Source of the DNA: Marivirga sp.
Lineage (GTDB): Bacteria; Bacteroidota; Bacteroidia; Cytophagales; Cyclobacteriaceae
NCBI GenBank assembly: GCA_046709585.1
Contig: JBKEFO010000001.1
Coordinates: 1 to 38,978, forward strand
Direction of reading: 5' to 3'
Length of the DNA: 38,978 bases
The translations under genes were made by a program, and so were the position numbers. How positions within the stretch are numbered: position 1 is the first letter of the stretch; each line of letters opens with the position of its first letter. This document shows positions 27,188 through 37,645 of this stretch, piece after piece. The notes under the pieces are model-generated. The model saw only the letters and a program-made list of their open reading frames with translations. It ran no database searches and was not told the DNA's origin.

Positions 27188-27841
27188 TTATTTTGATGTA
27201 AAAATGTATGTAATAATATTAGCCCCCATTTTCAGTGCTTTTGCCCGTTTTTCCGGTGGGTCATTGTGAACACTTTGATCTTCCCATCCATTGCCCAAAT
27301 CAGATTCATAGGAATAGAAAGACAGTAATCTTCCCTCATGAAATAAACCAAACCCTTGAGCTGGCTTACCATCATGTTCATGAATCTTCGGCAAGCCTTC
27401 ATCAAAGTCATATTTTTGATGATATATAGGGTGATCAAAAGGAATCTCAATAAACTCCTTTTCTGGGAAAACTTTTTTCATTTCAAGCCTTATGTAAGGG
27501 TCTAATCCATAATTGTCATCGATATGAAGAAATCCTCCAGACAAGAGATAGGTGCGCAGTTGTTTTGCTTCTTGGTCGCTTAGCATAACGTTGCCATGGC
27601 CAGTTAGGTATACAAAGGGGTATTGAAATAGTTCAGGACTACCCACTTCAACGACGTAGTCATTGCTGTTTATTTTGGTACCTAATGTGCTATTGCAAAA
27701 GTTGATCAAATTTGGGAGTGCTGTTTTATTAGCGTACCAATCGCCGCCACCGCTATACTTTAATTTAGCTATTTTTAGCTCTTGACCATAGCTTAAAGTT
27801 GTCAAGTGCAGTAAGCAAATAATCCATATTATTCTTTTCAT
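27188..27841 (-). CDS. DUF4159 domain protein
   Basis: IAKLKYSGGGDWY.N, YLTGHGNV, GGFLHIDDNYG, GLPKIHEHD, DLGNGWED. Confidence 0.9.
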   Translation of the reverse strand: MKRIIWIICLLHLTTLSYGQELKIAKLKYSGGGDWYANKTALPNLINFCNSTLGTKINSNDYVVEVGSPELFQYPFVYLTGHGNVMLSDQEAKQLRTYLLSGGFLHIDDNYGLDPYIRLEMKKVFPEKEFIEIPFDHPIYHQKYDFDEGLPKIHEHDGKPAQGFGLFHEGRLLSFYSYESDLGNGWEDQSVHNDPPEKRAKALKMGANIITYIFTSK

Positions 27842-28491
27842 ACCGACGGAACGCTTAGTGTTTGAAAATCTTTGGCGCTGGCTACCAACTCACCTGGCAG
27901 CTGCTCTATGCTTAAGGAGCTAGCTATTCCTACAACGTCCATCCCAGCATTCTTTGCAGACTGTATGCCAGCTAAGGCATCCTCAAATACCAGGCAATCT
28001 TTCGGGGCTACATTTAACTCTTTGGCAGCCATGAGGTATATTTCAGGGTCTGGTTTACCTTTTGTTACCATTGTACTGTCAACCACAACATCGAAAAACT
28101 CTCGTATAGACAATCCTTCTAGTGTAAATGTCGCATTAGAGGTGACCGCTGAAGTTGCTACGGCCATTCTTATTCCATTTTTTTTTGCTGCCATCAAAAA
28201 AGGAAGTAGCCCCAGAGTGGGAGAGAGGAACGGTTTATAAAGCGATCTATAAAGGGCCTCTTTCTCTTCGGTTAATCTCATTACTTCTTCTTTTGAAGCA
28301 TCAGGCTTTAAACTTAGCACTACTTCTTGCATGGTTCTTCCATTAAGGTGCTGTTGAAAGTATTCGTCATCTATCTCTTTACCAAAGCCTTTTAGAAACT
28401 CTTTCAGGGCTTTTATATGGTAACTAATGTTATCTACTATTACCCCGTCCATATCAAATATGAAGGCTTCTTTTTTTGGTAGTTTTATCAT
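27838..28491 (-). CDS. HAD-superfamily phosphatase (beta-PGM/CbbY-like)
   Basis: FDMDGVI, VATS, GKPDPEIY, VFEDA..GI.SA..AGM. Confidence 0.93.
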   Translation of the reverse strand: MIKLPKKEAFIFDMDGVIVDNISYHIKALKEFLKGFGKEIDDEYFQQHLNGRTMQEVVLSLKPDASKEEVMRLTEEKEALYRSLYKPFLSPTLGLLPFLMAAKKNGIRMAVATSAVTSNATFTLEGLSIREFFDVVVDSTMVTKGKPDPEIYLMAAKELNVAPKDCLVFEDALAGIQSAKNAGMDVVGIASSLSIEQLPGELVASAKDFQTLSVPSV

Positions 28492-28494
28492 TTA

Positions 28495-29601
28495 TTATGC
28501 TATTTGGTAGCGCTTTCCGGGCAGTGTTCGAATAATCCCATTCAATTCTAATCCCAACAATATTCCCGCTAATTGATTCAATCCTATTTGACTTTTAATA
28601 CTTAACAAATCTAGGCTAAGTTCTTTATTATTTTGCAATAATGCATGAATTACAGCTTGTTCCTTTTCATTCAATTGAGAAAAGTCGATAACCTTTTGTT
28701 TTATCTTTGCCTGATTGTCCATCTCCCAGTTCATAAGTGAGAGGATGTCTTCGGCAGACTCTATAAGATGTGCCTGATTGTTTTTAATAAGTTTGTTGCA
28801 TCCTTCCGAGAATATATCTCCGACCCTGCCAGGAAAGGCCGCTACCTCTCTATCGTAGGAATTAGCTAATTCGGCGGTAATTAATGCACCCCCTTTTCTA
28901 GCAGCTTCCACCACCACCACAAGGTCGGCCATTCCAGCAATGATTCTATTTCTTGCTGGGAAGTTAAAGGCCTCCGGTTTGGCGCCAAACACTTGTTCTG
29001 TTATGAGACCTCCATTTTCTTGCATCTCTAACGCAATAGGTTTGTGTATTGAAGGATATATGAAATCTATGCCTGACCCTAAAACAGCATAAGTACTTAA
29101 CTTATTTCGTAAAGCTGCTTTATGTGCAGTGATATCTATTCCATATGCTAGGCCACTCAGGATAATTGGCTTTAAGGGACTCAGCGCGTCGATGATTTCA
29201 TTCGTAAGCCTTCTGCCATTATCAGTAGCATTTCTGCTACCAATGATTGCTAATGTAGGTCTTTCACTGCTCAAAGGCCATTGTCCTTTACTGAAAATAA
29301 TTGGGGGTGCATCAGCTATTTGCTTGAGTCTGTATGGGTATGCTTTATCTAAATAGGATAGGACATGGCAACTTTCACTTTCTGCTTGTTGAAAAATTTC
29401 ATTTGCTTTCTCCATCAAGCTACCATTTTTAATAGAATTGGCGCCTTTATGACCAATGCCAGGGATTTTAAGTAATCTTGAGAGGGATAAATTATGTACA
29501 GCAGAGGCTGACCCTGCATAACTTATGAGATGCTTAATGTTGCTGCTGCCGATTCTAGGGACTAGCGTGAGAGAGAGCAATGCCTTTTTTTCAGCATCCA
29601 A
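28495..29601 (-). CDS. dprA: DNA-processing protein DprA
   Basis: YP..L..I.DAPP, AIIGSR, SGLAYGID..AH, FPARNRIIAG, GGALITA, GCNKLI. Confidence 0.96.
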   Translation of the reverse strand: MDAEKKALLSLTLVPRIGSSNIKHLISYAGSASAVHNLSLSRLLKIPGIGHKGANSIKNGSLMEKANEIFQQAESESCHVLSYLDKAYPYRLKQIADAPPIIFSKGQWPLSSERPTLAIIGSRNATDNGRRLTNEIIDALSPLKPIILSGLAYGIDITAHKAALRNKLSTYAVLGSGIDFIYPSIHKPIALEMQENGGLITEQVFGAKPEAFNFPARNRIIAGMADLVVVVEAARKGGALITAELANSYDREVAAFPGRVGDIFSEGCNKLIKNNQAHLIESAEDILSLMNWEMDNQAKIKQKVIDFSQLNEKEQAVIHALLQNNKELSLDLLSIKSQIGLNQLAGILLGLELNGIIRTLPGKRYQIA

Positions 29602-29605
29602 GGGG

Positions 29606-29941
29606 TTATAGTTTTTCTTTTACTTCTGATAAAAAGCCTCTAATATTTCTTAATGAGTCAAGCATATCCATTTTATCTTTCACAGCATGCGAGTCATTCT
29701 TTAACATATCTTTTGCGCCTTGCAGAGTGAACCCCTTCTCCTTTACAAGGTGATAGATAAGTTTCACGTTTTCAATGTCTTCTTTCGTGAATTGCCTGTT
29801 GCCTTTTCTGTTTTTCTTGGGTTTGATAATATCAAACTCACCCTCCCAAAATCTGATTAAGGAGGTAGCCACGTCAAACTGATCTGCTACTTCACCAATG
29901 GTGTAGTATTTTTTCTCTATGGTCTTTTCTTTGTAAGGCAC
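29606..29941 (-). CDS. MerR-family HTH regulator (short Bacteroidota type)
   Basis: YYTIGEVA..F.V..SLIRFWE.EF, KN.KGNRQFT, LVKEKGFTL.GAK; GTG start. Confidence 0.93.
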   Translation of the reverse strand: MPYKEKTIEKKYYTIGEVADQFDVATSLIRFWEGEFDIIKPKKNRKGNRQFTKEDIENVKLIYHLVKEKGFTLQGAKDMLKNDSHAVKDKMDMLDSLRNIRGFLSEVKEKL

Positions 29942-29946
29942 TTTTT

Positions 29947-31149
29947 CTATTTATGTTTGTGAAGATAGCGAATATTACCTTGTGGGTCAATAGAAATCTT
30001 AGATTCTGGAAAATCAATCTCTGTTAATTCTTTGATTTTTTGAGCAGCAGCGTGCTGTGGGTCTAATTCAGGAATTCCCCCGCCTACTTGTTTGGCAGAA
30101 ATGATTTTCCCAGATAAAAAATCACCGTCAGCATTAACATAAATTTTAGCTATTGGTGCCAAGCCGTTTACGCCTCTTAAGTTGAATCGACCATAAGTGG
30201 CAAAATTGCCTAGACTGTAAGCAATAAATTTATTTTTATATACTTCTATTGCTCTAGATACATGTGGGCCATGACCGAATATTAGATCAGCACCAGCGTC
30301 TATCAAGGAATGAGAGAAATCATACACATTTCCGCGGTTTTCGCCGTAGAAAAATTCTCGTTCTCTGGTAACATGTTCATATTTACTACCTTCCGCCCCC
30401 CCATGGAAAGAGACGATGGTAATATCCACTAAACTATCTAAATGCTTTATGATACCGATTGCTGCGTCAAGGTCATTTATACTTTGCGTCCCTGTATTGG
30501 GTGAAAAGGCCACAAAGCCGTAAGTTACTCGGCTTTTTGTGAATATAGTAAAAGGCTGCGCTAGCTGACCCGCATGTTTAATACCTAAGCTATCCAATGT
30601 GCGCATGGTATTTTTTCTACCCTCATCACCAAAATCACCTGCATGATTATTAGCCAGGCTCATCATGTCAATGCCTGCAGCTACATAGTGTTGCGCCAAA
30701 TATTCAGGACTTCTAAATATATAGCATAAATCAGGATTGCTGCATTGCTTTTGTATGCCTCCTTTATTTAAAATTACGCCTTCTTGGTTTGCAAAGGTGA
30801 GGTCGGCATCTATTAAAATATCTTTTACACCTGCAAGCATATACCTCCCAGAATCTGGTGGCAGGTAGCCAGTGTTTGGGAAGTTAGTACCTATCATTAC
30901 GTCGCCCACACCAATAATCGCTATGCTGTCAATGTTAATGGGTGAAACAGATAAATATACGGTGTCTTGAACTTTAGGCATCGTAGTTAACAGCAAGCTG
31001 TCCTTGATGGATATTAGTTTTAAGCTATCTGTTTTAGCTTCCACTAAGGTACCAGCACTTTCCGTGGAGGCAGTGGATGTTTGCTTTAACGTTTTACAAG
31101 CAGTAAAAACTGTGGTAGAAAAAAGTAAGTAAAGTAGGTATTTTTTCAT
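29947..31149 (-). CDS. CapA (PGA_cap) family metallophosphoesterase-like lipoprotein
   Basis: Lipobox FTAC; VGDVM, N.EG, ANNH..DFG, FHGGAEG, GHGPHV, YSLGNF. Confidence 0.92.
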   Translation of the reverse strand: MKKYLLYLLFSTTVFTACKTLKQTSTASTESAGTLVEAKTDSLKLISIKDSLLLTTMPKVQDTVYLSVSPINIDSIAIIGVGDVMIGTNFPNTGYLPPDSGRYMLAGVKDILIDADLTFANQEGVILNKGGIQKQCSNPDLCYIFRSPEYLAQHYVAAGIDMMSLANNHAGDFGDEGRKNTMRTLDSLGIKHAGQLAQPFTIFTKSRVTYGFVAFSPNTGTQSINDLDAAIGIIKHLDSLVDITIVSFHGGAEGSKYEHVTREREFFYGENRGNVYDFSHSLIDAGADLIFGHGPHVSRAIEVYKNKFIAYSLGNFATYGRFNLRGVNGLAPIAKIYVNADGDFLSGKIISAKQVGGGIPELDPQHAAAQKIKELTEIDFPESKISIDPQGNIRYLHKHK

Positions 31150-31158
31150 TTAGAGTTC

Positions 31159-31188
31159 AAAAAAAAAGCAGTCGGCAAGACTGCTTTT
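31159..31188 (-). terminator. Intrinsic terminator after the M23 gene
   Basis: Plus strand A9-GCAGTC-GGCAA-GACTGC-TTTT; gives a hairpin plus U9 on the minus strand. Confidence 0.85.
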
Positions 31189-31208
31189 AGTTTTTAATGG
31201 GTAGTTGA

Positions 31209-32186
31209 TTAACCTAATGATTGATTTTCGATAGCTGCTAATTCCAGTAATTTCTCGTATTCACCATCTGTCACATCTTGATAGAAGTAATGAACGGGAT
31301 TAATAGGTTTGCCATCTTTGTGTATTTCGTAGTGTAAGTGAGGAGCAGTAGAAGTTCCTGAGGTTCCAACAAAGCCGATGCAATCGCCTCTTTTTACTTT
31401 ATCACCTCTTTTTACATTAAAAGAATCCATATGTGCATATTTAGTGATAAAGCCGTATCCGTGATCTATTACTACTAGTCTTCCAAAACCACCATAGGTG
31501 CTAGAGATTCTAGCGATTTCGCCATCTCCTGTAGCATAAATTGGCGTACCACGAGGGGCAGAAAAATCGCAACCTTCATGCATCCTTACCATTTTTAGAA
31601 TAGGGTGCATCCGCATTCCAAATCCAGAAGCTAATCTTTTAAGTTCTTTGTTAGGTATAGGCTGAATGGCGGGTATAGAGGCAAGCATCTCCTCTTTATT
31701 TTCTGCCATTTCTAAAATTTCATCGTATGACTTGGTTTGAATATACATCTGCTTCTTGACTTTGTCAAGGTCCGTCATCATATCCAAGATTAACTTCTCT
31801 CTCTCTAAATCGCTTTCGATGATATTTTTATACCTTTCAGCACCACCAACACCAGCTTGACGAATGCTAGAAGGGATCGGCTCAGTGCCCATAATGTTCC
31901 TATAGACCTCATCATCTCTTTCCTGCAAAGATGATAAAACGTTTTGGACATTTTTCACCTCAGACTCCATCATATTGTAATAGAACTGAAGTTCTTTATT
32001 CTCTTTTTTTAGCTGCGCTTCCTTTGGAGAATCGAAGTACGCGTTAAAAATCGCCCACATTCCAATAGCTAGAATGGATGCGACCGAAAGGAAACCTAAT
32101 AAATTCAGTAAGATGTCCCATTTTGATACTTTTACTCGTTCATATCTACAAGTTTCTGTATCATAATAATATTTAATTCTTGCCAT
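31209..32186 (-). CDS. M23 family metallopeptidase
   Basis: N-terminal TM and coiled coil; HEGCD (HxxxD), YAHM, PHLHYE. Confidence 0.95.
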   Translation of the reverse strand: MARIKYYYDTETCRYERVKVSKWDILLNLLGFLSVASILAIGMWAIFNAYFDSPKEAQLKKENKELQFYYNMMESEVKNVQNVLSSLQERDDEVYRNIMGTEPIPSSIRQAGVGGAERYKNIIESDLEREKLILDMMTDLDKVKKQMYIQTKSYDEILEMAENKEEMLASIPAIQPIPNKELKRLASGFGMRMHPILKMVRMHEGCDFSAPRGTPIYATGDGEIARISSTYGGFGRLVVIDHGYGFITKYAHMDSFNVKRGDKVKRGDCIGFVGTSGTSTAPHLHYEIHKDGKPINPVHYFYQDVTDGEYEKLLELAAIENQSLG

Positions 32187-32354
32187 CCTGTTTTAGACTC
32201 GTTAAAAACTTCTAATTTTGTGACCGGATATTTAAAGGCACAAAGTTGCACAAAGGTTCAATTAAAATCAAATGTTTTCTTAGAACCTATCTGATATCCA
32301 CAAATATATATAAAATATTTTAAAGTAAAACATTAATCATTAATACTTTAATAC

Positions 32355-34988
32355 ATGACTTCCAGCGAGATACGTAAAAAGTTCCTAGATTTCTTTGTTG
32401 ACAAGAATCACAAAGTAGTTCCTTCAGCTCCAATGGTTTTGAAGAATGATCCAACCTTGATGTTTACCAATGCAGGGATGAATCAGTTCAAAGATTACTT
32501 TTTAGGAAACCAAGAACCATCCAGTAGTAGGGTAGCTGATACCCAGAAATGCTTACGAGTATCAGGTAAACATAATGATTTGGAAGAGGTAGGTCATGAT
32601 ACTTACCATCATACCATGTTTGAAATGTTAGGTAACTGGTCTTTTGGAGATTATTTTAAGAGAGATGCCATCAACTGGGCGTGGGAATTATTAACGGACG
32701 TCTATAAGCTACCTAAAGATCGTTTATATGTTACTGTCTTTGAAGGCGATAAAGGTGATAAGCTCGCATTTGACCAGGAAGCATTTGATTTATGGAAACA
32801 ACATGTGGCTCCTGAGAAGATACTCAATGGAAATAAAAAGGATAATTTCTGGGAGATGGGTGAAACAGGACCATGTGGACCTTGTTCAGAGATTCATGTT
32901 GATTTGCGGTCTGATTTAGAAATCGCAAAAGTTTCGGGAGCAGAATTGGTAAACCAAGACCATCCGTTGGTTATTGAAATCTGGAACCTTGTATTTATGC
33001 AATTCAATAGAATGGCTGATGGGAAATTGACTTCATTGCCAGCACAACATGTGGATACTGGGATGGGCTTTGAACGCCTTTGTATGGCTATTCAGGGTAA
33101 AACCTCCAATTATGACACCGATGCCTTTACTCCGCTGATTAAAACTGTGGAGGATATATCTGGTAAATTTTATGGTCAGACAGATAAAGTGGATATAGCT
33201 TTTCGTGTAATTGTGGATCACATTAGAGCAATTTCATTGTCCATTGCGGATGGTCAGTTGCCTTCAAATAATAAGGCGGGTTATGTGATCCGAAGAATAC
33301 TGAGAAGAGCTGTGAGGTATGGTTATACCTTTTTAGACTTAAAAGAACCTTTCTTATTTCAATTAGTTGCAACTCTGTCGGATCAATTTGCTTTGGTATT
33401 TCCAGAATTGAAGGCGCAGCAAGTGTTGGTAGAGCGAGTTATCAAAGAAGAAGAGCAAACATTTCTTCGAACTTTGGAAAAAGGATTGAAAAGGATTGAG
33501 ATTTTAAAAGAGGAACTAGCGGCGGCATCGGAAAGTATCATTTCTGGTAAGATAGCTTTCGAACTATTTGATACCTATGGCTTTCCAGTGGACCTTACTG
33601 CTTTGATAGCAAAGGAAAATAACCTTAAGTTGGATGAGGTAGGTTTCGAAGCAGCTATGGCAGAACAAAAGACGAGGTCAAAGTCGGCAGCAAAAATGGA
33701 AACTGGCGATTGGCAAATAGTTACCGAAGGACAAGAAGTAACCTTTATTGGTTATGATACCTTAGAAGCAGAGTCAAGTATTTTAAGATACCGTAAAGTA
33801 AAGAATAAGAACAGGGAACAAATTCAAATTGTATTAAATAAAACACCTTTCTATGCTGAAAGCGGTGGACAGATAGGAGATACGGGCCTTCTACAGTTAG
33901 GCGAGGAGCAATTACGCGTGCTGGATACAAAGAAAGAAAATGACTTGATTGTTCATTTTGTAGATAAGCTCCCAAAGGACTTAAAAGCCACCGTGGTCGC
34001 AAAGGTTGATGCAACGCGCAGGAATAAGATAGTATATAACCATTCAGCAACGCATTTATTACATGCGGCGCTAAGACATGTGTTAGGCGTTCACGTGCAG
34101 CAAAAAGGCTCGCTAGTTTCAGAAAAGCTTTTACGGTTTGATTTTTCTCACTTCTCCAAAATGACTGATGAGGAAGTTTTAAAGGTACAGCAGATCGTTA
34201 ATGCAAAGATTCGGGAGAATATTCAAAAAACAGTAGACATAGATGTACCAATCGAGGAAGCCAAGCAAAAAGGAGCGATGGCCTTATTTGGTGAGAAATA
34301 TGGAGATGCGGTAAGGGTGATTACTTTTGATCCAAACTATAGTGTGGAATTGTGTGGAGGCGTACACGTAGCCGCTACAGGAGATATTGGCCTTTTTAAA
34401 ATAATAACTGAAAGTTCTGTCGCATCAGGCATACGAAGAATTGAAGCTATTACGGCGGATACAGCCGAACATTATTATAATGAACAAGAACAAACAGTAA
34501 AAGAGCTTGCTGAGCTCTTGAAAAACCCTAAAGATTTGAAGCAGGCAGTTGAGCAATTAATTGCTGAGAAGGCAGCTTTGCAAAAGGCCATTGACAAAGA
34601 GCACGCGCAAAAGTCGGGTCTATTAAAAGAGCAATTGATTGAGAAGGTGACACAGGTAAATGGAGTTTCTGTCTTGGTTGAGCAAATAACTATGCCAAGT
34701 GCTGATGCTTTGAAAAAGCTATCTTTTGAGCTCAAGAACGAAATAAAAGCCTTGTTTGCAGTCTTGGCTTGTGATATTGATGGCAAGCCGCAGATTTCTG
34801 TCGTGATTGATGAAACGATAGTTGCGGAGAAATCTTTGAATGCTGGGCAGATTATAAGAGATTTGGCTAAGAATATTCAAGGAGGAGGTGGCGGTCAGCC
34901 TTTCTTTGCGATAGCAGGAGGTAAAGATATTGCCGGTTTAGCAGCAGTAATTGAACAAGCAAAGCAATTGGTAAAAGAGAAGTTATAA
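32355..34988 (+). CDS. alaS: Alanine--tRNA ligase
   Basis: FTNAGMNQFK, HHTMFEMLGNWSFGDYFK, VDTGMGFER, HSATHLL, ELCGG.H, GGGGG. Confidence 0.99.
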   Translation: MTSSEIRKKFLDFFVDKNHKVVPSAPMVLKNDPTLMFTNAGMNQFKDYFLGNQEPSSSRVADTQKCLRVSGKHNDLEEVGHDTYHHTMFEMLGNWSFGDYFKRDAINWAWELLTDVYKLPKDRLYVTVFEGDKGDKLAFDQEAFDLWKQHVAPEKILNGNKKDNFWEMGETGPCGPCSEIHVDLRSDLEIAKVSGAELVNQDHPLVIEIWNLVFMQFNRMADGKLTSLPAQHVDTGMGFERLCMAIQGKTSNYDTDAFTPLIKTVEDISGKFYGQTDKVDIAFRVIVDHIRAISLSIADGQLPSNNKAGYVIRRILRRAVRYGYTFLDLKEPFLFQLVATLSDQFALVFPELKAQQVLVERVIKEEEQTFLRTLEKGLKRIEILKEELAAASESIISGKIAFELFDTYGFPVDLTALIAKENNLKLDEVGFEAAMAEQKTRSKSAAKMETGDWQIVTEGQEVTFIGYDTLEAESSILRYRKVKNKNREQIQIVLNKTPFYAESGGQIGDTGLLQLGEEQLRVLDTKKENDLIVHFVDKLPKDLKATVVAKVDATRRNKIVYNHSATHLLHAALRHVLGVHVQQKGSLVSEKLLRFDFSHFSKMTDEEVLKVQQIVNAKIRENIQKTVDIDVPIEEAKQKGAMALFGEKYGDAVRVITFDPNYSVELCGGVHVAATGDIGLFKIITESSVASGIRRIEAITADTAEHYYNEQEQTVKELAELLKNPKDLKQAVEQLIAEKAALQKAIDKEHAQKSGLLKEQLIEKVTQVNGVSVLVEQITMPSADALKKLSFELKNEIKALFAVLACDIDGKPQISVVIDETIVAEKSLNAGQIIRDLAKNIQGGGGGQPFFAIAGGKDIAGLAAVIEQAKQLVKEKL

Positions 34989-36451
34989 TGTTAGCAGATG
35001 AGATCAGAAGTAAATATACGGTTGTTATTGGTTTGGAGGTGCATGCGCAGCTTCAAACGAAGAGTAAGATATTTTGTGCTGACTCAAATATATTCGGTGC
35101 TGCACCGAACACCAATATCAGCCCTATCTCCTTGGGTCATCCTGGTACTTTACCCAAACTGAATAAGGAGGTAGTAGATTATGCTATAAAAATGGGTTTG
35201 GCATGTAATTGTGAAATTACGGAGGAGAATATTTTTGCTAGGAAAAATTATTTCTATCCTGATCTGCCCAAAGGATATCAGATTACGCAGGATAAGGCTC
35301 CTATCTGTAAAAATGGAATCGTCATGATTAGGCCAAAGGGAGAGGATTCAAGAGCAATTGCATTAAATAGAATTCATTTGGAGGAAGACGCTGGTAAATC
35401 TATGCATCTGTCTGGTGAAACTGAAACGGCTGTAGATTTCAATAGAGCGGGCGTACCTTTGATAGAAATAGTTACCGAGCCAGTTCTCAGAAGTTCGGCG
35501 GAGGCAATTGCTTTCGTAACTGAAGTAAGAAGACTTTTAAGGTATTTAGAAGTTTGCGATGGTAATATGGAGGAGGGCTCTTTGCGATGTGATGCCAATG
35601 TGTCTGTGATGCTCAACGATGCCAAGGAATACGGTAGTAAGGTAGAAGTAAAGAACATGAACTCTATTAAAAGTGTGCAGAGAGCTATAGAGCATGAAGT
35701 TGAGCGCCAGATAGGGTTGATAGAGCAAGGGATTAATATAGTATCAGAAACTAGAGATTTTGATGCCGCTAGTGGAGCTACCTCTAGTCTTCGTAGTAAA
35801 GAAGATTTAAATGACTACCGTTATTTTCCGGAACCAGATTTGGCACCACTCATAGTAAATGAAGAATGGATTGAGCGCATAAGAGCTACGATGCCTCTTT
35901 TACCGCAGGAGCTGGTCAAGAAGTTTACTAATACCTATCAATTATCCCAATACGACGCAGAGGTACTAACAGATAATAAAGGAGTAGCGCTGTATTTTGA
36001 TTTACTTTGTCAACATACCAGTAATTATAAGGCGGCATCTAACTGGGTGATGGGAACCATAAAATCTTATTTAAATGAGCATCATCTGTTAATTGCTGAT
36101 TTTTCAGTTGCCCCTCAGCGTATTGCTGCACTTATAAAATTGGTAGACGAGCAAAAAGTAAGCAATTCGATTGCTACGCAAAAAATATTTCCCTTAATGA
36201 TAAAGCAACCGAACGAACAACCGGAAAATATTGCAAAAGCCAATAACTTTATTCAGGATAGTTCGTCTGATAGTATTCAACCGCTTATTGATGAGGTATT
36301 ATTGAATATGGCGGATAAAGTACAGGCGTATAAATCAGGTAAAAAAGGTTTAATAGGCCTTTTTATGGGTGAAGTGATGAAGAAAAGCAATGGAAAGGCA
36401 GACCCACAGCTAACAAGCAGATTATTAAAAGATACATTAGAAAACAAATAA
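34988..36451 (+). CDS. gatB: Asp-tRNA(Asn)/Glu-tRNA(Gln) amidotransferase subunit B
   Basis: IGLEVHAQL, RKNYFYPDLPKGYQI, HLEEDAGK, NRAGVPLIEIVTEP, YRYFPEPDL. Confidence 0.98.
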   Translation: MLADEIRSKYTVVIGLEVHAQLQTKSKIFCADSNIFGAAPNTNISPISLGHPGTLPKLNKEVVDYAIKMGLACNCEITEENIFARKNYFYPDLPKGYQITQDKAPICKNGIVMIRPKGEDSRAIALNRIHLEEDAGKSMHLSGETETAVDFNRAGVPLIEIVTEPVLRSSAEAIAFVTEVRRLLRYLEVCDGNMEEGSLRCDANVSVMLNDAKEYGSKVEVKNMNSIKSVQRAIEHEVERQIGLIEQGINIVSETRDFDAASGATSSLRSKEDLNDYRYFPEPDLAPLIVNEEWIERIRATMPLLPQELVKKFTNTYQLSQYDAEVLTDNKGVALYFDLLCQHTSNYKAASNWVMGTIKSYLNEHHLLIADFSVAPQRIAALIKLVDEQKVSNSIATQKIFPLMIKQPNEQPENIAKANNFIQDSSSDSIQPLIDEVLLNMADKVQAYKSGKKGLIGLFMGEVMKKSNGKADPQLTSRLLKDTLENK

Positions 36452-36456
36452 TAGAA

Positions 36457-37569
36457 ATGAAAAAGTTAATCATATTAGTAATGATTGCTGTATGCTTTGC
36501 GGCATGTACAAGCAGTGAAACGGAAGGTAAATTAGTATTGTCAGGAACTGTTGAGAATCCTCCAGAGAACGGACAAATTACCATTGCTGAATTGAATCAG
36601 GGTAAAATGTCTGTTATTGATACTATCCAATTGCTTGAAGGGAATAGGTTCAGCTATACAATAGATAAAAGAGCTCCAGAGTTTTATATGTTGAATCTTT
36701 ATAATACGCAAAGGGCCACTTTGATTTTAGGAAACGACAATATAGAGGTTACCGCAGATGGTAGCGATAGAAATGGTAAGTTAGAGATAAAGGGTTCTAA
36801 GGATGTAGAAAATTTGTCGTCTATAAAGAAAATAACTGAGGATCAAAATGCGGAAATACAGCAAATCAACGCATCTTTTTTAGCGGCAAGAGAAGCCGGT
36901 GATCAAGAAAAAATGAAAAATATTCAGGATGACTTTTTACTAACTCAAGAAAGGAAAAAAGAGCAAATTAAGGCTAAAGTGGAAGAAATGTTGCCTTCTA
37001 TTGCCGTTATTCAGGCGATGAATTTTTTCAATCCGAATGAAGATTTTCAGTTTATGAAAAAAGTGAGTGATGCACTTTATGCTGCACATGAAGGATCAGA
37101 TATGGTGCTATTCTATAAAAAGCAAATGGATGACCTTGCTAGGGTATCTGTTGGTGTAGAAGCGCCAGATTTTTCAATGCCAACGCCTGCTGGAGATACA
37201 GTGAGTTTGTCAGATTATAGAGGCGGTTATGTTTTGGTAGATTTTTGGGCTGCTTGGTGTAAGCCTTGTAGACAAGAAAATCCTAATGTAGTAGCTGCTT
37301 ATAATAAGTTTAAAGAGCAAGGATTTGAAATCTTGGGCGTTTCGTTAGACAGAAAGCGAGATGATTGGTTGAGAGCAATAGAACAAGATAATTTAGCATG
37401 GACTCAAGTATCGGATTTGTTGTATTGGCAAACACCCGTAGTACAAGAGTATAAAATCTCGGGAATTCCTTTCTCTCTGTTAATTGGACCTGATGGAAAG
37501 ATTGTAGCGAAGAACTTAAGAGGGGAGGCTTTACATGAGAAATTGGCTGAGATTTATCCGGAATCGTAA
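36457..37569 (+). CDS. TlpA-family thiol:disulfide oxidoreductase lipoprotein (DUF4369 plus AhpC/TSA)
   Basis: Lipobox FAAC; LVDFWAAWCKPCRQENP, GVSLD. Confidence 0.93.
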   Translation: MKKLIILVMIAVCFAACTSSETEGKLVLSGTVENPPENGQITIAELNQGKMSVIDTIQLLEGNRFSYTIDKRAPEFYMLNLYNTQRATLILGNDNIEVTADGSDRNGKLEIKGSKDVENLSSIKKITEDQNAEIQQINASFLAAREAGDQEKMKNIQDDFLLTQERKKEQIKAKVEEMLPSIAVIQAMNFFNPNEDFQFMKKVSDALYAAHEGSDMVLFYKKQMDDLARVSVGVEAPDFSMPTPAGDTVSLSDYRGGYVLVDFWAAWCKPCRQENPNVVAAYNKFKEQGFEILGVSLDRKRDDWLRAIEQDNLAWTQVSDLLYWQTPVVQEYKISGIPFSLLIGPDGKIVAKNLRGEALHEKLAEIYPES

Positions 37570-37587
37570 AGCTTATTGTCAATGATG

Positions 37588-37629
37588 CATAAAAAAGGCT
37601 GCTGTATTTTTAGAGCAGCCTTTTTTATG
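37588..37629. terminator. Bidirectional intrinsic terminator
   Basis: CATAAAAAAGGCTGCT-N10-AGCAGCCTTTTTTATG between convergent genes. Confidence 0.9.
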
Positions 37630-37645
37630 GATAAAAATACTGTTT

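Noticed and set aside
29947-31149. Poly-gamma-glutamate capsule locus
   Set aside because: Only a CapA-family gene is present; stand-alone CapA homologues are common and there is no capB/capC in the window.
32238-32255. GCACAAAG direct repeat (10-bp period) in the M23/alaS divergent region; possible T-box
   Set aside because: No T-box motif is present; the repeat is adequately explained as tandem TTTG promoter-like elements for the M23 gene.
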